Shown here piece by piece: positions 36,601-49,063 of a stretch of 64,000 nt of DNA (positions are counted from its first letter, which is position 1; every line of letters starts with the position of its first letter). The stretch lies in the NCBI RefSeq assembly GCF_000143415.4, contig NW_003314297.1:310001-374000 (forward strand), given 5' to 3'. The notes beneath the pieces are model-generated. The model was not told where the DNA came from and ran no database searches. It worked only from the letters and a program-made list of their open reading frames with translations. Source of the stretch: Selaginella moellendorffii. Taxonomy: Eukaryota; Plantae; Lycopodiophyta. Made by a program: the position numbers and the translations under genes.

Positions 36601-39600
36601 GAAATGCGTCGCCTTGCTTCCAAGTTGTGCGGAACACGTGAAATAGACTCTTTAGTACTTAATACAATGTGTACTCGTTTCAGCTGAGGGAAGAAATCGT
36701 TGTCTTCAGGGTCTGGTAGAATAATAGACTCAACGAAAGGAAGTGGTTGATCATTTCTCCGCGGTATTAAATAGTCTTGAAGACCTTTGTGCTTTGGAAA
36801 ATCGCGCACTACAACATCAAATAGATTTTGTAGAGCCGTTACTACCTGAAAAACATGCTTTTTACAAAATTAAGCACGGAAATAACTCGGGCAAACCTCT
36901 TTCGTGTCCTCCTGAGTCGGCCTTTTTAACAATGCTGCTATCAAAGGCAATACCCGCGAGTGAATGTTAGGAAGCTCATAAAGGTTGTATTCGTTGCAAA
37001 ACTTCCCCTGGCTAAGAGCGCTGTCGATCTGTTCAAACAGGCGAGTCAGGGTAGCGTGATCTTCGCTTTCCTCGTTGATAATTTTGCGAAGAAGTATATG
37101 TTTCAGGCTTTCATAGCATTCGATCACAGCGGATGGACGGAATTCGTTTTTACAAATCTTTCTCCACAACCTCCTGTCAGTATCCTGCCAATCTCTAGCT
37201 TGCCCAAGAGCCATTAAAATCTGAAGATGAAGTTCGTAAAAGAAAAGAAAAAAATAACGAACTAATGTACCTCGTTTCCCAATAAAAACGCTGGCCATTG
37301 CAGCACAGAGATGTTCCACTTGGGAGTCGGAACTTCCAGCAAATTGATTTCGCTACAGGTAAAAAGATTAGTAGCCGCACGTAACTACTGCTAATACCTG
37401 TTGGAAACCAGATCTTCCTCTCTGAAGGTGTTAATAATTTGATTCCAAACGTGCGCAAACCGCCGCCCTTCTATTTGTTTGGCCTCAATCTGCCAATACT
37501 CGTTAGAACACTACCTATTGCAACTGTTTATTACCTTCTTGTAGGGAGACCCAAATCCGTAACGAAGTTTTAACCTGTGCATCAAGTCTTTAAATGCTGC
37601 CGACCAACTTCCCCATAACCTGCATGCAAGTTCTCCCATTAGAACAGTGGGCAAAAGTACAGAAAACAAGTACCTGGGCCTTAAGAGTGATTCTTCAGGC
37701 ATAAGGTTGAACTGAATGGCACTAGCAAAGAAAGGAAACCGCAATCTGAATTGATGGATGCTTCTGATCTGAAGTGTAACAACAATGAATGTGGCAACTT
37801 CTTCAAAAGAGAGCGCATACCTCACCAATATGTGAAAATAGGCCAATCAAGGCACCAACTAATGACGAGAACACAGAGTACCAAATTTGTGTGTCCATAA
37901 AATAAACCTGAACTAACTCGGTCAATTTTATATTCCAAGCAGAAAAGAGACGTACCAGCACAACCGGAGCCCACAAACATACCGCTGCAATACGATTTCC
38001 TGTAATATAAACGGAGTAAGCTTGTACTCTAAAAGACGATCATCAGCATACCTCTTCCAAAGAACTGGTGCCACCTGTATTCGACGTTTGTAGTCCGAAG
38101 TGTGGCTCTTGTTGGTCGCACTAGTGGACTGATCTGTTTTAGAAAAAAAGAAAAAAACGATTACAATGGCTTCTGATAAAAATGTGGGGCACCTGGAATG
38201 CGTAGCTAAAAGAAAACTTAGCCGCCAAAACCATTATCCAGAATAATGTGTACCTGATTTTTATCACAAAACTCAGCAGTAGGAGGAATCCAGAAATACT
38301 CACTTTATGTTGTCATAAAGACTCTCACGTAACCCACGGCCGACAAAAAGCCTCGTCTGCATTATTAGAATCAGCAAAAGCTGCGTATTTGAATTCAGCA
38401 TACCTGAAACCACCACGTCATCAAGTTGAAGATTTTCCAGTCCTTGTTCTCGATGAAGTTCCGCACCCAGGGTAATATGAAGAGCAGTAGAGCTAGAACT
38501 TCCGGGGCTATAAATACCAATGCAGCTTCAATTAACATTTTCAGCCGCTGGTTTGCTGCGTTCGACCAAAATCCGTCCTGCCGGCGCTGGCGCCACATTT
38601 GACTGCTCGGACAAAAAGTTTAGTAAACCCGCCGATAAGAGTCTGATCTAGTTACCTGTAAAGGACTGCAAATACTATAACCCAAACAACGCCCGTAACG
38701 ACCTTTAAGACCATTCTTACTCCAAACATCATGGTCTCTCTTGACATAAGTCGCCTTTGCATCCAAATGTCCAACACAGCTGAACCCAAATATCAAGCGT
38801 CAATATGGCTTGCAAAGATCTTGTTTACCTTGAAGGATGCGGAGCCCAGCCCAGGTAATGAATAAACTAAAAAGGTGTAGCGAGATATCTTTTTGTCGTA
38901 GTGCAGTCCATGGAGGCCCTGCTTCCTCCCAAGTAATTAGAATTGATGCCTGTACAAAATGGTGCTGTTAAAAGGACAACATATGTGCACAATGTACCTG
39001 CAAGAAAAGTATATACATAACCCATAGGCGATCAAAACTCCTGTATAAGTTCCAGAAGGAGCGTTGCTCTACAAATCCAGTTTTTCCAACTTTATGTGTC
39101 AGCATGCCCTGTGGAAACTTAAGAGTAAGTTAACAAGTTCAGCTTACAGTGCTAGCATACCGCAGGCTTAACAAAATAATTGCTTCCCAAGTTCAATGGC
39201 CATCCTAAATGTTGAAAGCATCTGTTACTCCTGAGCAGGTAAACATGTGCAAGAAAACTGTTAGATATCCATAGCAGGAACTTCATACCAAAAGTATTCG
39301 TTCATATCATCGTAATTCCTCCATGCCGAATGAGGAGCTTTACCATCCTTGCTTGCCGCAGCTTCCTGCCGTGAAACATACGTTACAAAATTACGGTCTT
39401 AATGGTTCTCAACTCACTTCTTTGACGATGGCATATAGTGGAGTAATCACGTTCTTCAAATACCCATTTTCCCCGTGGCTTACAGGGCGAACAGGCATGG
39501 CTGACATTTCGTCAATGTAGTCTTCCAGTATTTGATTCAGCTCGTCAACCATCTGGGACCCCATTTCAGCCCACAAACGTGTGGAAGAGAGAACTTACAT

Positions 39601-40345
39601 TGTGGAATATGAAGGCGAGGCACTCGGGCATAAACCGAAGGTTGGCTGCCTCACCCCACACAAGAAAGTAGAGTGATATATAAAGTAGCTCCAGCCTCTC
39701 ATCCACCCTTCCGTCATATACTCTAGTTCATAAAAATGTAAAGAGTTAGAATCAATGAAGCATCTCCAGTACTTGAGTTTGTTTGGCCGTCCCATGAAGC
39801 TGCACCATAGTCTGTAATTCTTGAGCACTTTCTTACGTAGCTTGACTACCACCTTCTGGTCTAGCTGCACAAGTTTAAACCACGATGAACGAAAGACAGA
39901 AACTAGCACACGAAGTAACCTTACCCGATCGATGGGGTCTGGCGGTGGCGTGACTCTCATTTGCGAGTTCGCAAGCAGAAGTATCAAATGCTCTCTTTGG
40001 TTCTTCACATTTCCTTCCTGGATAACAGCTTGAGTCAAACTAGCTCCTCAGAGATGACACGCACCTGAAATCCAAAGAAACCTTGAAGCCAATCGAGAAG
40101 ATCCATCCCTTGTCTCCATTGAAAACCGGGAGGTTTTCTCAATTCTCCCACCGTCTGTAGTGCGGCAACAGCTGCCCGGACCTACACGCAAACAAACATC
40201 AATACGAGAGATACACAAAAAACTAAGCTTTTGCTAGAAAAATAGAATCGCGCCGTACCTCTGGAAAATGTAGCGCGACGTGATCCGCCAAGACATCGTG
40301 CACAGGAATGATGTTATACGCGGCCCCGGGCAGAGCTGGATTCAT
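33616..40345 (-). CDS. CALS12: Callose synthase (GT48), CalS11/12 (GSL1/GSL5) clade, more than 25 introns
   Basis: Short N-terminus MNPALPGAAYNIIPVHDVLADHVALHFPE-VRAAVAALQTVGELRKPP typical of CalS11/12; NVKNQREHL, VGKTGFVEQRSFWN, LRLWASYRGQTL, GEGKPENQNHA, SEDIFAGFN; ends QTRILFNQAFSRGLQISRIL. Confidence 0.96.
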
Positions 40346-40942
40346 CCTCGCTGTTGCTGCTACGAGCTAGAACCACGCTAGAACCCTAGAACTGACAGCT
40401 GAGCTCGATCTCGCGAAGAACTACTCGGGACGCATCCTCCCTGCTGCCGCACACATGCAATCTTAGACCGACGATCTGGAAGCGCGTACCTGACGTCGCC
40501 CGGAGCTGGAACCCTAGAAATGTGCTTCAGCCGGGCACCACTATCCGCGATCCCGCGAGGAAAGAGAAAAACGCGCCCGTCATTGCCCGTCTCTTGACGG
40601 CCCCAGATGCGCCTTTTTCCAACGGAAGCAATCGAATTGATACTGTTCCTAGCCGTTAGATAAACCTGTATACGGACTTTCCAATGCGAGATCTTTGTGG
40701 ATTTTCCTTGAGCTTTACATCCATTAAAAACCATGGAGAGAAAATGTAGCACTCGTGCAGTAAATTTTTTGCGCATGGAAGTCTCGACCGATCACCAACT
40801 TCAATATCGATTCGATCAAAGCGATCGAAAAATTAAATGGGAAGTGCTCGCATTCAGGGAAGAACTTTCCAGGTGATCGTGTTTTTACTTACACGGGGGT
40901 AAACTTCAACCATGGTAACTTCTCTGGGAGCTTTTCTCTTTC

Positions 40943-43350
40943 TCAGTCCCTTCCAGGCGGGCTTACGAGCTTCATGTTCCGCGCGTACGACCGCTTCTGG
41001 GCGACGAGATCGTCGACCGCCCGTACGCCGCCGTACCGCCCCGCGGCGGCCTTGCCGAGGGGCGTGGGAGAGTTCGTCTTCTTTGGCGAGCCCACCGGCG
41101 CTGGAGGTGGCGAGCAATTCGGCGAGGCGAATGGAGTTGCGTATGGAGTTCGTATCTGGAAGTGTCCCGAGGCTCTTCCTCGCCGGATGATGCTGCTGTT
41201 TAGATTCGAGTGAGCTGCTGCTGTTACTGCCGGGGAGTTGATTCGGCCTTGTCTGGCAGCGTCGTCGATGAACAAGACGTCGTCGATCCGAGCGAGGATG
41301 TTGAATGCCAAGCTCTCCAACACCCGCGAGTAGCTCTCCAGAATGGAGTGACCAACGTCCTAGAACGAAAGAAAGCTCTCATGAGAAACTCGAACGAAGC
41401 TTTGAAAGATCTTTACCCGGTTGTATTGGATCTTGTTCACGTCAAGCACGCTCTGGGGAAGTCCTGGAAACCGCTGCTTGAAGCTGAGAAGCAAGCTCTC
41501 CGCTCTCTCGACGAGCGTTTGCCTGTCAATCTCGGCGACGAAGTCCTTCACCTTTCCCCACGAAGACTTTGCATTTTGCTTGATCATGTCTTTCTGCTGG
41601 TGCTGCTGCTGCTGCTGTATTTGCTGGTGCTTCTGTTGATGGATCTTCCGCTGCCAGATGTGGATGGCGGCCTCCACTCGGTTGGCCGCCTCGAGTGCGT
41701 TGTGCTCGGTCGAGAGATTCAAGTGTTGGAGGAGTGCGTCCGGAGAGAACTTTTCGGCTGTCAGTCCTCGGTACATCACCTCTCCAAGGCAGGACTTGCC
41801 ATTCTACACGAGACCAGCCATCTTTACAGAATGAAACCGTGACAAAGCTGGATGCAACTTAAGTGTGTACCTTTGGGAGCGATTCCCAGAACAAGTCCGG
41901 GACCTCCATCTCCGAAAGGACTTGCCCGTTGATCGCCACGGCTGCCTTGAGGATCTGACTCGTGCAGTCTCGTTGGTTCTGGAGGCTCTTCCTGGCTTCG
42001 TCCGAGAGTCCATTGGGAGGCACCCGAGGCGTTGGAAGCCACCATTTCTCTTCCTGCCTTTGCAGCGAGTGCTGCTTGTTGTTGTTCTTGTTGGTGTCGT
42101 CTTTCTCGGAGAGAATGATTCCTTGTTCCACATACCAGAAGTCTGTCTCTTTGTAGCTATCGAGGGACTCCTACATGCAACAAAAACAAGACTGGCTAAG
42201 AAAGAAGAAAACAAACCATTCTAAACTCCAAAATTCTGGTGCTGACTTACCAGTAGCATTGTGTCCAGTTTTCGCAATGCGGGCAGATTGATGTGGATGT
42301 CTGAGCGAGGCCTGGTCACCATAACCTGCAAAGCACATGTGTCAAGGAAAAAAGAGGAGAAAAAAGAGATCTGGCTATGACCTCCAGATTGCTTCCATCT
42401 CTGAAGCTCTGCCAGGAAGGAACCAGCTCCACAATGTAGTCGCTTACGGAGAGAAGCCACTCCATTTCCCGTCGCCACATTGTTTTTCTTTCGTGAGACA
42501 GAGGCTCCAACCTCCAAAGCTCTCCAAACACGGACGCTGTATCGTAAAGAAGAAAAAAAAAAACAAGCCAACAAAAACAAAAGGTAGCTCGTCAGCTCTA
42601 CAAGTATAGCCAAGCCAGAGTACGAGGACAAAGAGAGAGCTCAAATCAAGTACTCTACCAGCAAGATTTGTGATGGCGTTGGAAATCGCGAGCGCTGTGC
42701 AAACGCCTTTGGCGCCTCCGGACATGTCTTCTCCAAGAAGAAGCTTCGCAAACTTCTCCTTCATCATCTCTACTTCTGAAAGAACAAAAAATATGTCATG
42801 TCGATCGAAGAGAATAGAAAAGAACACCACTCTCATCCAAAACCTTGAGAAGCACTAGGCTCTCATTCATCCAAAAACTTTGTGGAGAAACACTAGACTC
42901 TCATTCATCCAAAAACTTTGTGACTCCCATTCATCCGATTGGCTTCTCCCAATCTTTGTGGTGAAACACTACTCTCACTGGACAAACACTCAGCACAAGC
43001 AAGCAAGCAAACATGGTGGTTGCATTGGATTCTTAAAGAACGAACGATAAAAAAAGTACCAACGTACCAGAGGCATTGGTTTCACGCTTGACCCTCTTCT
43101 CCTCCCACGCGAAGCTGCTCACGCTCTTGCTATTCAGGCTGCTAGTGCTCACAGATTTCGTGGTAGAAGAACACGAGACCTCGGAATAGGAGCGCTCCCG
43201 CCTGCAAAGCGGCCATCCCAGCGGCGACGCATCGCTGCTGCTAGTGCTGGCGAAATCTTCCAGGAGCTCCTCCGGATCGTCGCGGCAAATTCTGGCGTCG
43301 TAGCTAGTGCTGGAGCTCAGGCCGTCGAGCAAATCCTCACTGCTATCCAT
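40943..43350 (-). CDS. ROPGEF: Rop guanine nucleotide exchange factor (PRONE domain)
   Basis: [92 protein letters not shown]; ends SPPGRD. Confidence 0.97.
42828..42978. repeat. Imperfect ~39-bp tandem repeat in RopGEF intron 1
   Basis: CTCTCATTCATCCAAAAACTTTGTG(GAGAAACACTA)-like unit repeated about 3-4 times. Confidence 0.8.
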
Positions 43351-44669
43351 TGACAGAAGCTATTTCGCCCCCATCCAAGAAAGAGAAGAAAAACTGGCCG
43401 GAGCTCCACCCACCTAGCAATCGCAAGAACGACCAAGAGGAGAAATCTAAGAAGCGATGCTGCGCATGGGAGAATGATTAAGTCTTCTGGCGACAGCGAT
43501 GATCGAAGCGAGTGGTAGCGAAATCCCTCGCCGCTGTCGAGCGCTCTCGGTGCGATGGCGTGACCGAAATGATGAATCAGTCGATCGATCGCAATGCAAT
43601 GGCAAGACACACAGATTGATCGATCGCGCGAGGCTCGCGAGGCGCGACTTGGTGGAATGGCCGCCCAGAGGAGGAAATCTTCTCTGTGCGATGGAAGACG
43701 AGGAAGAATCGGAGCGATGAATTATGGGAGACGCTACTTGAAAACAAAGATTGCCGATATCTCTTTGTCTTCATCCCCCGCTTCGCAAAGGCCTTCTTTT
43801 GCTCAAAAAAATAGAAAAAAAATTCCACCTTTATAATTTTTTTAACATATTTACCCTATTTACCCTTGCGCCTAAAAGAAGGTAACGGAAAAAATCCATG
43901 CCACGTGTTTGCGTACCGCATCCGGCGTCATCCCAGCCGCACGATGGACCCATCTAACGGGCAAGCTCCGCCTCCAAATCTTTAAAGGCGCCGGCGGCAT
44001 TGGACGTGTGTTAATTGCGTTGCCGGCCGGCGCTTGGCACATTTCCGTACAAAAGATATCGCGTACGAACGTTACATTTAGTCAAAAGAGTGACGGCCGT
44101 TAAACTGCTGGCGCGCGACGACGACGACGACGACAAGTACGGTAACGAAATGTGATGCTGGCGTATAAATGCTTGATTGAGAGTGGCCCCCATGCATGCT
44201 TTCCTTCCTTCGTTTATTCGCTGCTAGCCCTAGGCTAAAGCAAAAGTTCCTTTCGTTGGATTGGCATTTTTGATGGATTGGATTGGATGGAAGGAAGTAG
44301 TGGAAATAGTGGTTGTATAAACACTCGGATGTGACCGTATATACGCTTCACGCCTGCCTGTGATTGATAGTCACATACTTGTCGATTTTCTTTTCAGTCG
44401 ATCGATGCTTTTCACTCGACGAGCTGGAAAGTCAATGCCTTGGGAGATATAAAGTCCACACCCCTACCAGTAGCTCGATCCTTTCTTCGTTTCCATGATC
44501 TCGATCTTTCCGATTACGAGGATCACTGCATTGTAGTTTATTAGAAGAAAAGCTTTAGGATTGCCAAGCTCTTACGTCATGCCCCTCGTTTAGTGTCGAT
44601 AAGTAACTCACTCTGCGCGAGCGGCAGCGACAAAGAAAACTTTAAAGAAAGAGCCTCGTGTACCTTTTT

Positions 44670-46110
44670 TCAAGTACTACCAGGGTCCACGAGTACTCCA
44701 TCCTTGCTGGTGGCAGCAACAGGATCATCCAAGTGTTGCTCGCTAGAGAAACGAGCTTCTTCTCCTGGCGCAGCTTTTCTTTGAGTGGAGCAGCAATTCT
44801 CCGGCTGGTTGATGCCAAAGAATCCCGCCAGCACAGCCACAGCGCCAACAACGTTGACAGTTCCTGGAGCATGTCCACGAAGAGAATCAACCACCGCTGC
44901 TATTGGCACTTGGAGTGTGAGTCCAGCCGTTGCCACTGTTGTGGACGTGAGAAGCACTGCTTCGGCCCATAAGTAGTCGCTCAGGACGTTGTCCAGCATC
45001 CCTGGAGACAAAAACACGCGTCAGAGAAGAAAAAAGCACACTAGAAACTCGACCTTTGCCGACGATGAGTTCCCATTGTGTGGCCGTGAGCCTGTGAATC
45101 GGCTCCAATCCTGTGAAGTGTAGAAGCACCACGACCGGACAAAAGATGAGAGCGTTAAACAAACCAAGATACCCCAGGAAGAGAGCCGTGCTAACTTCTT
45201 CCGCGGACGAGTTCTCGTCCGGGAACTTCTTACGTATCAAGCTCGTATAGCAGGCGTAGAGCATCGCGGACAAAAGGCAGACCATATCTCCCACCACTGG
45301 ATGAGGCGCTGAGTCTTTTTGCAGGCTCTCGGAGTCTCCAAAAGCAACAACGGCGCTACCAGCCATGCAAAGAACGACGCTGACGATTTTCAACACCGTG
45401 AAAGTCTCGTTGAGAAACATCACGGACGCTATAAACGTGAACAAAGTCGAAGTACTGCTTAGAACGGTGTTCGACTGCGATCAAAAGAAAGAAAAATCAA
45501 AACTTGAGGTTTTAAGAGCAAAGAAAGTGTAACTTACAGTGACTGTCGTGTACTTCAAGGAAAGATTGAACGTAAACTGCGCGAAGAACCACACCGGACA
45601 GATGAGAGCACTGATCTTCGCGGTTTCCCTTCTCGACAATAATCTCCTCGCTGTGGAACTGGAGCTCTCTTCTTCGTCAGACACAACCTCCGAGCCACCT
45701 TCACTGGAAGCTTGCTTGTTCCTTGCGTCTGCCACAACCTCCGAGTCAACTTCACTGATCTCGGCACTGGAAGCTTGCATGTTCCTTGCGTCTGCCAAAG
45801 ATCCACCAATTTCAATGTCGGATCCAGCACCGGTTTCCAAAAGCTTGGCCTTCTCAGCGTTTGTAAGAACATGGTTCTTAGAGGCCGCCTCTCTCGTCTT
45901 GCGCGCCGCGTAGCGTCGCTTGATCCACCACACCAATTCCACGATCGGTATGTAAACCATAAACAAGCTGTTGCAAATGTAGGCGATGAGAAAGGGCGAA
46001 ATCCCGCTATCAACGACCGATTGCACCACGAAGCTAGCTGCGATCCAGATGACCGCAACCAAAACCACGCAAACCAGTCCTACGATCCAATTCCATGTCG
46101 CGCGCAGCAT
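44670..46110 (-). CDS. EamA/DMT-superfamily transporter (SLC35F/THI74-like), 3 exons
   Basis: VIWIAASFVVQ...PFLIAYICNSLF, WFFAQFTFNLSLKYTTVT-SNTVLSSTSTLFTF, DNVLSDYLWAEAVLLTSTTVATAGL; many TM helices. Confidence 0.93.
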
Positions 46111-46232
46111 TCTTACTCGGCGAGCTGATCTAAGCTGCGATTACCTCGCTCGCGCGCATGAACCCTAGAAATGCCTTGGAAATGTAAGCCCTAGAAGGGC
46201 AGAGGAATGCCACTTGGCTAGAACCCTAGGCG
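46111..46232. promoter_or_regulatory. ~120-bp bidirectional promoter with telo-box-like motifs
   Basis: Divergent ATGs at 46110 and 46233, with AACCCTAG/AGCCCTAG/AACCCTAG motifs between them. Confidence 0.55.
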
Positions 46233-47268
46233 ATGATTCTTCTCCACAGCGCAGCGATGATCGGGATGGTGCGACACGGATGCGGCGCTCTTCCGAGAAG
46301 GAGAATTGCTGTCGCAGCCGCCGCTTTGCAACGAATCAAGCTCCAGTCGCGGTGGAATCCTGGGGCAAGAATGTCGACCGAGGCCTGGAGCACGGAGCTC
46401 GCCTCGATTCCTCTCCTCCTCCAGGGGCGACATATTACGGTAGGTCCTCCAAGATTGAGATGGATCGATCGATAGTGATCATTTGCCCTCTCTAGATTCC
46501 TGACGATATCAAGAGCTATGTGGAGGACAAAATGGCCGACGCGATAATCGAGAGGAGCCATATGGTGAGAGAAGTGGATGTTCGCTTGTCAATGCGTGGA
46601 GAAGCCGAGAGTGGTCCAAGACTCTATCGCTGTGAGGTTTGAGTTCTTCCGTTTTTTTTTTCTCGTGAAGGCTTTAGTGAAGGCTTTGCTTTTGTTATTA
46701 GGCTACATTGTTCACGAAGAAGCATGGAGTTCTTCGTGCGGAAGAAGACGGTGGAAACATGCACGCTTGCGTTGATAATGCATCACGGCTTCTTGGGAAG
46801 AAACTTCTCAAGCTCAAAGATAAACTAGGACTCCACGGACGCCTCCGTTCCAGAGGTCGGATTCAATCCCTAGACAAAGCACCGATTCCTCCTTTTCCAA
46901 CCAACGACGAGGAGATTGAAGATGTTATTGCAGAGGCCGAAGATCTGGCAGTAGAAACGGAGGTAAGCAAAGAACATGTTAGTTCTTTTTTCTTATGAGG
47001 AACTTCGCAGATTATTAGAGAGAAGTTTTTTGACATGCTTCCTATGCGGCCGGAGGATGCACTAGAGGAAATGAAGAACATTGGGCATGATTTCTATGCA
47101 TTCCGGAATGTTAAAACTCGTAAGTTACCACCATTTTTTAATCCTCCTTTCTTCTTACCATGTGTTTCAGTCGAGATAAATGTTTTGTACAAGCGCAAGG
47201 AAGGTGGATATGGATTGATAGGCCCAACAGCTATACCTCAGAAGCTTGAAGAGGATCCAAAAACTTGA
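46233..47268 (+). CDS. PSRP1: Plastid ribosome hibernation factor PSRP1 (long HPF / S30AE family)
   Basis: Transit-like N-terminus; LLQGRHIT|...VREVDVRLSMRG...RCE|ATLFTKKHGVLRAEED; C-terminal domain KFFDMLPM...GHDFYAFRN...EINVLYKRKEGGYGLI. Confidence 0.92.
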
Positions 47269-47415
47269 TGGTTGGTGTTCTACACTAACGTTGGTCGTTT
47301 CTTCCTGCAGCAACAAAACAAAAAAAAATGTTTTTCCAACACTGTATGCGTGCGAAGAGGACTCATGAATCTAATCTCGGTAATTTCACTTGGTGCTTAG
47401 GGTTCATATGCAGCT

Positions 47416-48894
47416 ATGGCGTGTACCTCATCGCCTTCGCTGCCCTGTATTGTGAACAAAGGTTTTTGGTTTTATATCTTGCGTCATTTGCTTCAGTGCT
47501 CTCCCTTGCTACGCAGGTGAAAACGCCTGTTTGGAGATGCGCAATTTGGTTTCTGCTCGGGTCACTGGTATGTATTCTTTGTAGATTTTATTTTTATTTT
47601 TTTTCCTCTCATCAACAAGGCAATGCAGCTGTAGAAAGCCGAAGTTTTTCACTTGCAAGACGAAGTTTTGCAAGTGGACACAAGAATGTGATTGCCAAAC
47701 GAAGGACGCCCTGTGTGCGAGTTAGAGCCCAAGTAGCAGAAAAGCCTACCATTGACAATGCTACTGGTTTGTTTGTGACAATCTTGAGAAGGATGTTACT
47801 GACTTTTTCAATTCTGGCAGTCCTGGTTGTCGGCGGGGGTGGTGTTGGAATGGCTGTTACCAGAAATCTTGCCAAAGCCGGTTCATGGGTGACCGTCTTC
47901 CAAAGAAGTGAAAAGTTCCGCAAAGAAGTGGAGGAGCTGGGATCAATGTTGGCTATTGGCGATGTTCTTGAGCCATTGACAGTGGAGAAGGCCTTCAGAT
48001 CAAACTCGTTTGATGCGGTTGTCTGCACTGTTGGTAAAAAAAGAAGAAAACATTCTCTGGCTTTGACTCTTTTATTTCACAACTCTTGTAGGTGGAGGAA
48101 CTCAAAACGTGAAGGTGGACCAGGTATATAACTCTACGAATTCTAAGCATGTTTCTCTGATACGGTAAATCTGATAGGATGGCACAATTAATGTGATCAA
48201 TGCTGCAAAGAAAGCAAATGTTAAGCGGTTTATCATGGTAAGGAAGTTTTATGCGTAGCAATGGCACAAAACATCTTGTTTCCATTCCAGGTATCCAGCA
48301 TTGGAGCTGGAGATAGTGAAAAAGCCATCGATGCAAAGGTAGGAATTTTTCCTGTCAACGAAACTGAAGAAGCCGATTTCTTTTACACTTTTCTGCATTG
48401 CAGACTTTAGCAACGTTGGGTGAAGTCCTAAAAGCAAAAACCGTTGCCGAGGAAGCTCTGAAATCCAGTGGCTTGGACTACACCATCATTCGCCCTGGAG
48501 GCTTGAACAACGATGTGAGGAGAGTTTTTCCGTCAAACTGTTCCTTACACGCTATTCGCAACAGGCGCCATCGGGAAATGGAATCTTGACAGAGAATTCA
48601 AGCGTGGTGGGGCTCATATCCAGGACCGATGTCGCATCACTTGTAAGTCCCTGTAGCTATCGATGATTCGGCGTTTGAAGGCAAAAATAACTCTTGCAGA
48701 TCTTTCGCATTCTCTTTGACGAGCGAACTTACGGGAAGACCCTATCGGCTATAGACTCCCAGAGGGTATATATTTTCACGAATGTTCTCGGTTACTCGTT
48801 CGCGGAAATTCTGACGAACCCCTTGTTTATCTTTTTACAGTTGTTTCCACCTACAACTTCTTTGGACGGAATAGAACTGCTGGCGTTAAGTTAA
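47416..48894 (+). CDS. Plastid NAD(P)-binding Rossmann-fold protein (atypical SDR), multi-exon
   Basis: VLVVGGGGVG, FDAVVCTVGG, SSIGAGDS, AEEALKSSGLDYTIIRPGGL, GLISRTDVA. Start is approximate. Confidence 0.85.
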
Positions 48895-49063
48895 ATCTCT
48901 TCCTGCAGACAGAATAGGCAAGGAAAACTTGACTCTTTCTTCTGCTACTGTTGTTTGGGACTGCCACGAAGATTGGAATTGATTTTTCAATGAAGTCAGA
49001 CTCATAAACTGGAAATCGTCTACAGATCCTTATAAGCATTGTTGTCGTGGAGGGCGTGGAGTC

